Shown one piece after another: positions 9,170 to 17,915 of a stretch of DNA of 64,000 nt. The notes below the pieces were generated by a model. That model worked only from the letters and a program-made list of their open reading frames with translations. It did no database searches and was not told the origin of the DNA. The DNA comes from Thermoplasmatota archaeon. GTDB lineage: Archaea; Thermoplasmatota; Penumbrarchaeia; Penumbrarchaeales; Penumbrarchaeaceae. Positions within the stretch are counted from its first letter, which is position 1, and each line of letters starts with the position of its first letter. The DNA lies in the NCBI GenBank assembly GCA_029762535.1, contig JARVGK010000009.1, positions 32,001 through 96,000 on the forward strand, given 5' to 3'. A program made the translations under genes and the position numbers.

Positions 9170-10635
9170 CCTTTCGCTATCTCCTCTGCCAGTATCTCCG
9201 AGCTTATGACCACCATTGGCACGCCGATCCCCGGGTGGGTGTAGTGGCCCGTGTAATAGAGGCCTTTGACCTTCTTGCTGTAATGGGACGGCCTGAAAAC
9301 GGCCGTCTGCATCAGGGTGTGGGCAAGGCCCAATGCCGTTCCCTTGTAGGCGTTGTACTCGGATGTGAAGTCCGAGTGGGCGAAAATACGCTTGACGATG
9401 ACGTGCTCGCGTATTCTCTCGCCTGTCAGCTTTTCAAGATGAGTGAGGATTTTGTCATAATACTTGTCCCTTATCTGTTCATCATCGGCCAATCCGGGGG
9501 CTACGGGCACTAGGAAGAACAGGTTCTCGCAGCCCTCGGGGGCGACGCTAGGATCGGTCTTGGAGGGACAGCATACATAATAAGAGGGATCGTCCGGCCA
9601 TCGCGGCCTCTTGAAAATAGTGTCGAAATGTTCGTCCCAGTTCGAGGAGAGGAAGAGATTGTGATGGTTCAATCCCTCCATCCGCTTGTCCAGGCCAATG
9701 TACATCAGCAAACATGAAGGAGCGATGGCCTTCTTCTTCCAGTATCTCTCGTTGTACGTCCTGGAGTTCTCGTCCAGAAGATTCATTTCCGCCCATGCGT
9801 AATCGGCGTTGACTACGACGGAATCGGCTCTGTAGTTACGCCCTTTGGCCCTCACTCCGGATGCCTTCCCGTTCTCGACCAGTATCCTTTCGGCCGGGGC
9901 ATCGAAGACGAACTTCACCCCGGCGTCCTTGGCGACGTTCATGAAGGCTCTGGCCAGTTCGCCGAAGCCGCCCATAGGGTACCACACCCCCAGATTGAAA
10001 TCCACATGGGACATCAGCGCGTAGAGGGCTGGGGAATCATTCGGCGTCCCTCCGAGGAACACTATATTGTACTCGAGGATCTTCCTGAGGTCCTTGTCCT
10101 TGATGAAGCGTTTGGCGTACCTGTCCAGGCTCTCGAAGATGTGGAGTTTCGTCCCCTCGAAGACGAGCTTCCTGTTCATGAAGTCGAATATCGTCCTGTA
10201 CTCCTTGTATATGAACTGCTCCATGGCCACCTTGTACTGGTAGCTGGCGGACTCAAGGTATCTCTTCAAACCGTCAGAGCCGCCCTTCTCCATGCTCTCG
10301 AAGAGTTTGTAATTGTCCTTTAGGTCCGAGAGCACGTCCATTTTCTTCCCCGAGCCGAAGAACACCCGATAATGCGGATCGAGCCTCTGAAGTGTGTACA
10401 ACTCCTCCGGCTTTCTTCCGAAGTGCGAGAAGAACCTCTCGAACACCTCCGGCATAAGATACCACGAGGGACCCATATCGTATAGGAAACCGTCCTTTTT
10501 CCAAACCTGGCCTCTGCCCCCGGGCTGCGAGTTCTTCTCAAGGACCGTTACATCGAAACCTTTCCTTGCAAGCAGCCCGGCCGCTGCCATCCCTCCGAAG
10601 CCCGCTCCGATCACGACGACCTCTTTACCTGCCAT
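9166..10635 (-). CDS. crtI: Phytoene desaturase
   Basis: GAGFGG FAD motif, DMGPSWYLMP, GTALGLAHTLMQTAVFRP and HPGIGVPM. Confidence 0.92.
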   Translation of the reverse strand: MAGKEVVVIGAGFGGMAAAGLLARKGFDVTVLEKNSQPGGRGQVWKKDGFLYDMGPSWYLMPEVFERFFSHFGRKPEELYTLQRLDPHYRVFFGSGKKMDVLSDLKDNYKLFESMEKGGSDGLKRYLESASYQYKVAMEQFIYKEYRTIFDFMNRKLVFEGTKLHIFESLDRYAKRFIKDKDLRKILEYNIVFLGGTPNDSPALYALMSHVDFNLGVWYPMGGFGELARAFMNVAKDAGVKFVFDAPAERILVENGKASGVRAKGRNYRADSVVVNADYAWAEMNLLDENSRTYNERYWKKKAIAPSCLLMYIGLDKRMEGLNHHNLFLSSNWDEHFDTIFKRPRWPDDPSYYVCCPSKTDPSVAPEGCENLFFLVPVAPGLADDEQIRDKYYDKILTHLEKLTGERIREHVIVKRIFAHSDFTSEYNAYKGTALGLAHTLMQTAVFRPSHYSKKVKGLYYTGHYTHPGIGVPMVVISSEILAEEIAKG

Positions 10636-10676
10636 AATAATCCCCTTGATGCCTGGAATGTATTATCAAATAATAA

Positions 10677-12158
10677 TTATTTTTCTCTTTTAATGATCGA
10701 GCGGGCGGCGATCATCCCGGAGGATATGACCAGCGGCATACCCCCGCCCGGATGTGCGGATCCCCCGGCGAAATAGAGATGTTCGTAGCCCCTCGCTCTC
10801 GAACCTTGGCGCAGGAACGCCGCGTTCCTGTCGTTCGAGGACACCCCGTATATGCTGCCCTTGTTCGTTAGATAACGCTTTTGGATCCCGGACGGATCGA
10901 GGGTCCCAACGACCTCGACCTCTTTGGTAAGGTCGCATCCTAGCGCTTTCCCGACCCGCTCGATGACGGAAGAACGCGTCCTTTCCATCTCCGACCTCCA
11001 GTCCTGTCCCGAGTCCCAGGGGGCGTTCACCAACACGAACCAGTTCTCACAGCCCCGCGGAGCGTCCTCCGGGTCGACCTTGGAGGTGATGTTCACATAT
11101 ACCGTGGGATCGGAGGGACAGCGCCTCCTTTCGAATATGTCCTTGAACTCCCTTTCGTAGTCCGGGGAGAAGAATATGTTGTTGACGAGCAGATCGTCGA
11201 ACGCCTTTCGGATCCCGATATAGAAGACGGCCCCGGACACGGAAGGCTCCATTCTCGCATACCTTCTTGCGGTCCTGGAGGATCCATCATCGAGCAGCTT
11301 GTCGTAGGTGTGGACCACGTCTGAATTCGAGAGGACGATGTCGAATCGCTCATGTTTTGAGCCGGTGATGACGCCTCTCGCCCTGCCCCTCTCCACGAGG
11401 ATACTCTCCACCTCCTCACCGAAGCGGAAATTCGCCCCCTTCTCCTCGGAGAGCCTGTGCAGCGCCTTGGGGATCGCGAAGATCCCGCCTTTGACCGCGT
11501 AGCTGCCCAGATCGTATTCGACGTGCTGTATCATGTTGAAGATCCCGGATATGCGGTAGGGATCGGACCCGTTGTAGGTGGCATACCTGTCGAAGAGCTG
11601 CACCAGCCTCTTCTCCTTGAGCCTTGCATCGTTCACCTGATGCATGGTCCTGAACAGGTCCAGCCTCCAGGAGTTCAGGACACCCCATAACGCCTTGAGG
11701 CTGAAGAGGGACCGGCCAAGGTCCTCGAAGAGGAAGAGGTCCCCCGCAAGAGAGTATATCTCCGAGCATCTCCTCAGATATGCGCGGACCCTGTCCCCGG
11801 GCACGTCCAGCTTCTCCTGCACCTCTGCGGAGAACCTTTCCGGGTCGGCGAAAGCGTCGAGAGCGGTCCCGTCCGGGAAGAAGTATCGGGTTATCGGATC
11901 GAGCCTCACGAACTCCAGATGGTCCCCCCTACTCTCTCCGACAGAGTCGAACAGCCTGTCGATGACGAAGGGCATCGTAAGGATGGAGGGCCCGGTATCG
12001 AATCGGTAACCCCCTATTTCCAAATTGCCCGCCTTGCCCCCGGGATGGAGGTTCCTCTCGAACACCGTGACATCATAGCCGTTGTGTGTGAGGACAAGGG
12101 TGGCGGACAGACCGCCCAATCCAGTCCCTATAACTGCGACCCTCTTCAGAGGCCCCAC
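10677..12158 (-). CDS. crtD: Second CrtI-family desaturase, probably 1-hydroxycarotenoid 3,4-desaturase
   Basis: GTGLGG, FDTGPS, LFDRYATYNGSDPY, GSIYGVSSN..AAFLR and HPGGGMPL; start codon approximate. Confidence 0.75.
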   Translation of the reverse strand: MGPLKRVAVIGTGLGGLSATLVLTHNGYDVTVFERNLHPGGKAGNLEIGGYRFDTGPSILTMPFVIDRLFDSVGESRGDHLEFVRLDPITRYFFPDGTALDAFADPERFSAEVQEKLDVPGDRVRAYLRRCSEIYSLAGDLFLFEDLGRSLFSLKALWGVLNSWRLDLFRTMHQVNDARLKEKRLVQLFDRYATYNGSDPYRISGIFNMIQHVEYDLGSYAVKGGIFAIPKALHRLSEEKGANFRFGEEVESILVERGRARGVITGSKHERFDIVLSNSDVVHTYDKLLDDGSSRTARRYARMEPSVSGAVFYIGIRKAFDDLLVNNIFFSPDYEREFKDIFERRRCPSDPTVYVNITSKVDPEDAPRGCENWFVLVNAPWDSGQDWRSEMERTRSSVIERVGKALGCDLTKEVEVVGTLDPSGIQKRYLTNKGSIYGVSSNDRNAAFLRQGSRARGYEHLYFAGGSAHPGGGMPLVISSGMIAARSIIKREK

Positions 12159-12841
12159 CTGTCCCTGAAGCGGTGATAGACGGCAAGGTATCCTGTGAGC
12201 ATGGCGATATTGTAAATGAAGTCCTCGTAAGGGATCGTTATGAATCGCCCCTGCCATGCTCCGTCATCGCCCCATATCGCCTCGTGCCAGTACCATACGA
12301 TCGGGATCGAGGTCAGGATGTAATTGACCGCTATGAAGAGCCCCATGGTGATGGCGATGAATATCAGGAAGCTGCTCGTGGAGAGCATGTTCTTGGAAAG
12401 AAGCGGAGCCCCTATTAGGACGATCCCAAGCGACACGAACGCCGACATGGTGTAGGCCTGATCCCAGAATACCGCCGCAAGGACGAAGGATAACAGGCCC
12501 AGGAGGATGTAGGGCGCGGGATGGAAGGGGATCCTCTTTGAGGGGATATATGCCACTATGCACTCGTAGGTGAATATGCAGGCGTACGGGACCGTCACGA
12601 AGAACAGCGCCTCCTCCAGGGGGATCGAGAGAATATGTATCCCCAGGATGTAATCCTCGCTGAAGCCCCAGTGCCCCTCCTTGGTCATGATCATATCCCA
12701 CAGCACAAAGGGGATCCCCACCGCTATATAGGCGAAGGGCAGCGCCTTCCACTTCTTGTAGAATGCCACCTTCTTGTCGAAGGAGAGCAGGAACGGGAAG
12801 AGTATTACGAGGAAATTGATCAGAAGGTAGAGATAGTTCAT
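12146..12841 (-). CDS. crtY: Membrane-type lycopene cyclase (fused CrtYc/Yd domains)
   Basis: Two halves with IPLEEALFF and IPYEDFIY motifs; start at MNYLYLL overlaps the photolyase stop. Confidence 0.87.
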   Translation of the reverse strand: MNYLYLLINFLVILFPFLLSFDKKVAFYKKWKALPFAYIAVGIPFVLWDMIMTKEGHWGFSEDYILGIHILSIPLEEALFFVTVPYACIFTYECIVAYIPSKRIPFHPAPYILLGLLSFVLAAVFWDQAYTMSAFVSLGIVLIGAPLLSKNMLSTSSFLIFIAITMGLFIAVNYILTSIPIVWYWHEAIWGDDGAWQGRFITIPYEDFIYNIAMLTGYLAVYHRFRDRWGL

Positions 12842-14199
12842 TTGTTGCCCCCTGACACCCTTGATATATATGCTTCCATATCGAACTTTCGCCTCAGACC
12901 CTTGTCGTTCATGTATCGGACCTTGCCGAAGATCGGCCTTTCGGACCATGGGTGATCGTGCTTCCCGAAGCACCAGGCGACCCCGGTGTAGCCGTTGGGA
13001 TCCCTTCCGTCGAGGAAATATCTGTTGTTGAGGATGAGCGCCGTTCGGTGCGCCTCCTGCGGGGTGGGGGTCCATTCGAGTATCTTCTTGGCCCAGTACA
13101 TCCTCATGTATCCGTGCATCTTCCCTGTCCGGACCATCTCCGTCTGGGCGGCGTTCCAGTAGGGATCGTGGGTGTTGGCCCTTTCCAGTTCGCAGATGGA
13201 GTAGAGGTATTCCCTCATGTCAACAGCGTGTTCCTCGAGCGAATCTTTTGCCCATTGCGGGATGGAAGAGTAGCTGTCGTATCCGTCGTTGTAATGGGCG
13301 AAGTTGAGGGAGAGTTCCCGGCGAACTATCAACTGCTCCAGGAACCGCTCCGAACCCTCTCCGCCGCGGTCCATCGCCCTCAGTGCGATGTAAAGAGGGG
13401 AGATCTGGCCGAAGTGGAGGTAGGGGCCAAGGCCCGACTGAACGTCAAGGGCGGGATCGTTCGAGAGATCCCCGTATCGGTCGATATTGAGATCCAGGAA
13501 CCGCTCAAGCCTCTTCATGGCCTCCTGCGTTCCGCCCCTGATACCCTCCACCGGGGCGACCGAATCATCGGCGCCCTTCAGGAGTTCGGGGTCCGACGGG
13601 TCCAAAGTATCAGCATTAATCCGTTTTAATTTGTTCTTCAACCTCCTCTCTTCGAGGGGGATCAGGTATTCGTAGAGCTTTTTATGAATACGTGGGCGGA
13701 TCGTGTAGGCTGCGTGCTGTTCGGAGTCGGAGGCCGCCTCCACAGGGACGACGGCGTCGGATTCGACCTGGACCACCTTCAGTTCGGCCTTGCGCGCAAG
13801 GGATCGCCTCCATTCCCTCTGCATCCTGAGATAGCCCATGTCGCATACGATCATGGAGGCGTCGCTCGAGAGCTCGAGGGCGACATCCGGGGGGGATCCT
13901 CTCCGGATGATGAGGGGGATCCCCCGCTTTTTAAGAGAGGACCTGACCGCTTCAAGGCCTTCGACCATGAATTTGAGATGTCTCAGATTCGCCTCGGGGA
14001 AATCCACCATCAGCCCGAAGCAGACGACCAGGGGCAGGTTCGAACGGTTCGCCTCGATCGCGGAATATTCCAGGGCATGGTTCCAGTGCGCTCTCTGCGA
14101 GGCCTGCATCCAGTAGAGGACATGATCGCCCTCTCTTTCGGGACGATCGTTGAGAGCCCTTATCCTGCCTTCGGGTATCATGTCATTTTTCTTCATCAT
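12838..14199 (-). CDS. phr: Class II CPD DNA photolyase
   Basis: YWMQASQRAHWNHAL, LGPYLHFGQIS, MHGYMRMYWAKKILEW, DGRDPNGY and ERPIFGKVRYM. Confidence 0.93.
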   Translation of the reverse strand: MMKKNDMIPEGRIRALNDRPEREGDHVLYWMQASQRAHWNHALEYSAIEANRSNLPLVVCFGLMVDFPEANLRHLKFMVEGLEAVRSSLKKRGIPLIIRRGSPPDVALELSSDASMIVCDMGYLRMQREWRRSLARKAELKVVQVESDAVVPVEAASDSEQHAAYTIRPRIHKKLYEYLIPLEERRLKNKLKRINADTLDPSDPELLKGADDSVAPVEGIRGGTQEAMKRLERFLDLNIDRYGDLSNDPALDVQSGLGPYLHFGQISPLYIALRAMDRGGEGSERFLEQLIVRRELSLNFAHYNDGYDSYSSIPQWAKDSLEEHAVDMREYLYSICELERANTHDPYWNAAQTEMVRTGKMHGYMRMYWAKKILEWTPTPQEAHRTALILNNRYFLDGRDPNGYTGVAWCFGKHDHPWSERPIFGKVRYMNDKGLRRKFDMEAYISRVSGGNK

Positions 14200-14287
14200 C
14201 CGATGGGAGGGACCCCTCTGCTTGGTAATAATACTTGTCCGGGACCCTCTTCCGGAACAGTTATCTTCATGCGGGAGGATTTCGGGG

Positions 14288-15043
14288 ATGATGAGCTTCA
14301 AGCTGAGGCATCCCAGGGAGCGATCCGATCTGTTCATCGCCGTCATTGCTGCGGGGGTGATGTTCCTCATGCTCAGCGCTCTGACATGGGGCGTATGCTG
14401 TCTATGGGGCGGCATCGGGCTTCTTTTCGTCGCGTTCATGGTCGCTGTCGAGAACTCCCATCTCAGGAACACCGCCAGGCCCTTGGAGGAGGATCCCGTT
14501 CTCGATCGGATGCTGAAGGAGGCGTCCGGGAAGCTGGGGATCGATCCCCCGAAAGCCTACATATCAGGATCGAAAGAGGTGAACGCCTATACCCGGGGTG
14601 TGATCTCGCCCGTGCTCGTTCTGAACCGGGGCTTGATAGACACCATGGACGAGGGCGAGATATCGTTCGTGATGGGACATGAGCTTGGGCATATAAAGCT
14701 GCGGCATTTCGCCATAAGGACGATCCTTGATGCCCGGGTCAGGGTCCCGATCCTGGTCTATCTTCCGCTTCTGCTGTTCCGAATGCTCTTCCTTCGCGGA
14801 AGGCTCTCGAGATCGATGGAGTACTCCGCCGACAGGGCGGGGTTAGCTGCCTGCGGCAGCCTCGAGAAGGCGATATCGACGATGATCAAGCTCGGGACCG
14901 GGAGATCCGTGACCCCGGACCAGGTCCGGGGTGCGATCGACGGTAGCTTTCGGATCGACGGGGAGAAGGGGATCGTGGGAAGGCTCCTGTCGTCGCATCC
15001 CGATCTCGACGATAGGGTGCGGGAGCTGGTGAGATCCCCTTAG
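14288..15043 (+). CDS. M48 family zinc metallopeptidase (HtpX-like)
   Basis: Two N-terminal TMs, NAY, HELGH, EYSAD and SHP motifs. Confidence 0.88.
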   Translation: MMSFKLRHPRERSDLFIAVIAAGVMFLMLSALTWGVCCLWGGIGLLFVAFMVAVENSHLRNTARPLEEDPVLDRMLKEASGKLGIDPPKAYISGSKEVNAYTRGVISPVLVLNRGLIDTMDEGEISFVMGHELGHIKLRHFAIRTILDARVRVPILVYLPLLLFRMLFLRGRLSRSMEYSADRAGLAACGSLEKAISTMIKLGTGRSVTPDQVRGAIDGSFRIDGEKGIVGRLLSSHPDLDDRVRELVRSP

Positions 15044-15074
15044 GAGGGGGATCCCCACGTCGGATCCGAATGAG
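14992..15074 (+). repeat. Direct repeat copy 1 (3' end of M48 gene plus AGGAGGGGGATCCCC..GGATCCGAATGAG core)
   Basis: 79 of 83 nt identical to 22358-22440 by hand alignment. Confidence 0.92.
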
Positions 15075-15923
15075 TCACAATCCGTCCATGAATTCTTTCA
15101 TCGTGATATATACTTGGGCAATGGCCCTTTCCCTAGCGATCGTATCGAAAGGTTCGATGAAGTTCCCCACCCAATTCGTACCTGCCGCTCTCATGGACCC
15201 GAACCTCTTCCGGATCATATCGACGCTGTCCCTCACCATGGGATCCGTCAAATGTCCTCTTACAAGCCCTGCCACAGCTTTTGGACTATCCATGCAATCC
15301 GCTACCACCGTATAGATGTCGTAAGCATCCTTTTCCTTGTATCGCTCTCCAAGCAGACGGCCCTTCATCCCAAGGCAGCCGGTGATATCCAGCATCCTGA
15401 TCTCCGTCTCTATCTCACCATCGCCGGGAAGGATTCCCTCGATGTTCTTGAAATAATTATACTTGAAGGCAAGGGCACATTCCGGTATCATCCTGGCCCG
15501 CAGGTCCCTGTCGACGACCCTCGTTCTATGCCCTTCTCTGTCGGGATCCATGGTGGTCAGAAAATCGACCTGTATCTCGTATTCTTTTTCTCCTGAGGTA
15601 AGATCTCTGATGAAGCTCGACGGGATCGGTTCTCCGGTCCTGCCCCTCTTCATCCTGTATCCCCTCGACTCGATGATGTCCACGATGTTATGATACAGGT
15701 CTGGATCGCTGCCCGGTTCCACTGCCAGGTCGATGTCGATGGATCCGACATGTTTTATGGTACCCCTGCCATGGTCCTCTAAAAGGAAGTATGGGGCCCA
15801 GCCACCAACGAGAACGATCCTGTCCCTGAAGGAACGCAAGGAGAGAGATAGTTCGACCAGAGCGGACATCGACGCGTTAACCAATTCCAATTCATAATGC
15901 GAAGATGTCCTCATCATGTTCAA
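15075..15923 (-). CDS. AbiEii-like nucleotidyltransferase (type IV TA toxin)
   Basis: VLVGGWA, GSIDIDL and KEKDAYDIY motifs; coupled to the upstream AbiEi-like gene. Confidence 0.75.
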   Translation of the reverse strand: MNMMRTSSHYELELVNASMSALVELSLSLRSFRDRIVLVGGWAPYFLLEDHGRGTIKHVGSIDIDLAVEPGSDPDLYHNIVDIIESRGYRMKRGRTGEPIPSSFIRDLTSGEKEYEIQVDFLTTMDPDREGHRTRVVDRDLRARMIPECALAFKYNYFKNIEGILPGDGEIETEIRMLDITGCLGMKGRLLGERYKEKDAYDIYTVVADCMDSPKAVAGLVRGHLTDPMVRDSVDMIRKRFGSMRAAGTNWVGNFIEPFDTIARERAIAQVYITMKEFMDGL

Positions 15924-16933
15924 TACCTCAGGAATCTTTCCCTGACCGCTTTCGATTGTTCCCGGCCTCTCATCGGGTACTGGTATAGGTCCATATATAA
16001 TTGGACGTATGAGACGACCGATATCCCTTCGATCGATACTGTGTCGTAAAGTGCTCCCTCATCATAAGGTATGATCAGATTCACGTTTCCCCCGAATTCC
16101 ACTTTTTGCATCTCCAGTACCTTTATGAGTTTTTCAGGATAGTAGGTGTATATATTGAAATCGCTCGATCTGACCATGGGAGCCACAAGGGCCGCAGCGC
16201 ATCCCAATGTCAAGGCGTAATCCGTTTCCGGGATCCCCTTTAACCTATCGTAGATATCCTGAACATCTGTGATCGGGCAGAAGTAACCGATCACATTCTC
16301 ACTTTCGATCCTGTAGATACTCGACCATGCATCGAGGAGTTCGGCCGGTCTGACAAGACGTATGGACGATCTGCTCGCCTCTACGTATCCTTCCTCGGCA
16401 AGTCGCCCGATCTCGTTCGAAGCCAACCCCAAGCTCACGTTCGCCTCTTTTGAAATATCCTCCAATCTCCAGGTCCTATCAGGGTCCGATAGCAGTTTCC
16501 TTACGATCCTGGATGCCTTCCTTGAGAAGATGTTCTTCAGAGTCCTTCTCCGTATTCTCCGGCAACTATCCGTCCTCTTATCTATAATAACGTTCTCGAA
16601 TGAAATGAAAGCGTTCCCGTACATGTCCATATAGCCGAATCCCGCTTCCTTGATCATTTTGGATGCCATCTCGCTGATCATTGGGGCGACGATCACGGCA
16701 TGGTCGTAGTTATCCGTTCCGGTGTTCGTGAGGTCGAAGAGCATTGATTTTATTCTTTGAAGTTGTGATGTCTTAATGATCTTCAACAGTATCCTTTTTT
16801 CAAGGTCCGCTATCTTCAGTACCAACTCAGCGTCGGCACTCCTGCCGCCGATGAGGGCGAATGATGCGATCCGGATGTTGGATATCCCTTTGAATAGATC
16901 GTCCAACCGCTTAATGACATCTTCGTTTCTCAT
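15920..16933 (-). CDS. AbiEi-like antitoxin/transcriptional regulator
   Basis: IVAPMIS...GYMDMYGN domain, central wHTH, PAELLDAW and VSYVQLYMDL...RGREQ. Confidence 0.75.
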   Translation of the reverse strand: MRNEDVIKRLDDLFKGISNIRIASFALIGGRSADAELVLKIADLEKRILLKIIKTSQLQRIKSMLFDLTNTGTDNYDHAVIVAPMISEMASKMIKEAGFGYMDMYGNAFISFENVIIDKRTDSCRRIRRRTLKNIFSRKASRIVRKLLSDPDRTWRLEDISKEANVSLGLASNEIGRLAEEGYVEASRSSIRLVRPAELLDAWSSIYRIESENVIGYFCPITDVQDIYDRLKGIPETDYALTLGCAAALVAPMVRSSDFNIYTYYPEKLIKVLEMQKVEFGGNVNLIIPYDEGALYDTVSIEGISVVSYVQLYMDLYQYPMRGREQSKAVRERFLRY

Positions 16934-16935
16934 TT

Positions 16936-16953
16936 TTTCAACAGTTGTTGAAA
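16936..16953. promoter_or_regulatory. Inverted-repeat operator TTTCAACA-GT-TGTTGAAA, copy 1
   Basis: Perfect 8-bp arms lying between a minus-strand TTTAATAA box and the abiEi ATG. Confidence 0.7.
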
Positions 16954-16996
16954 TTGCTTCCTATTATTAAAACTATCCATATCAAGTGGATATACC

Positions 16997-17016
16997 GGGT
17001 CCGAATGAGATCCCGG
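16997..17016 (+). repeat. Direct repeat core copy 2 (GGgTCCGAATGAGATCCCGG)
   Basis: 19 of 20 nt match to 23701-23720. Confidence 0.8.
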
Positions 17017-17050
17017 GACAATGGTAATGATCCCTTCGGGATCCGTGTTA

Positions 17051-17068
17051 TTTCAACAGTTGTTGAAA
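17051..17068. promoter_or_regulatory. Inverted-repeat operator copy 2
   Basis: Identical 18-mer, 115 bp from copy 1. Confidence 0.7.
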
Positions 17069-17200
17069 ATGGCCAATTCAAATATGGCCATCCAAGATAC
17101 TGATGGATTTCTTCTTGGTCCGCCGGGAATGAAGGTACGTTCAAACAATGCTTCGAATATCTTTTAATATGTGTAAACACATGTAATACTAGGTAATGAC

Positions 17201-17428
17201 ATGGCCAATATGACGATCACCATTCCGAAGGAAATGAAGAACGACCTTGACCTTTTTCCCGAGATCAACTGGTCCGAGGTCGCCAGACAGGCATTCAGGG
17301 AAAAGATCGAGGATCTGAAATTCCTGTTGGAATACAAGAAGAACAGCAGGATGACCGAAGAGGATGCCTTGAGGCTTGGCAAAGAGGTCAACAGATCGCT
17401 TCATAAGCGTTATTCGGAGATGCGGTGA
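17201..17428 (+). CDS. Ribbon-helix-helix antitoxin (VapB-like)
   Basis: NMTITIP...EINWSEVARQAF; overlaps the PIN gene. Confidence 0.8.
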   Translation: MANMTITIPKEMKNDLDLFPEINWSEVARQAFREKIEDLKFLLEYKKNSRMTEEDALRLGKEVNRSLHKRYSEMR

Positions 17429-17859
17429 TGGACCTTGTATTGGATGCGAATGTCCTGTTCGCGGCCCTGATAAAGGATAATGTCACCGCCGAACTCATGT
17501 TCAAGGATACGATCCATCTATTCGCACCTGAATATCTCCTCGATGAATTTGCCGAGCATAAGGAGGAGATCATCGATAAAACAGATAGGAAAAGAGAGGA
17601 TTTCGACAGGTTCATCGAGATCCTTAAAAAAAGAATAACCTTTCACCCATACGATGATTTCAGTAAATGCCTGGACACGGCATTGAGGATCACTCCGGAT
17701 CCCGATGATGCCGAATATATCGCCCTGGCATTGAGCATCAAAGCGGATATCTGGTCGAATGACAGATCTCTTAAAATTATCAAGGAACTTAAAGTCTATT
17801 CCACTCGGGATATCATCAACATCTTACATGAGTTCGATAAGGGGGGAAATGATCATTGA
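17425..17859 (+). CDS. PIN-domain toxin (VapC-like)
   Basis: VLDANVL, E, DPDDAEYIALA and IWSND acidic active-site motifs. Confidence 0.88.
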   Translation: MMDLVLDANVLFAALIKDNVTAELMFKDTIHLFAPEYLLDEFAEHKEEIIDKTDRKREDFDRFIEILKKRITFHPYDDFSKCLDTALRITPDPDDAEYIALALSIKADIWSNDRSLKIIKELKVYSTRDIINILHEFDKGGNDH

Positions 17860-17915
17860 CCCGTTCATCACAAGGGACGGCAACGTTTTTATGAGGGCTC
17901 TACATTGATTTCGTT

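Noticed and set aside
13684-14682. Long alternative ORFs (also 34827-36257, 44446-45408, 44642-45424, 45578-46438)
   Set aside because: Shadow frames of well-supported genes in GC-rich DNA, with no recognisable motifs.
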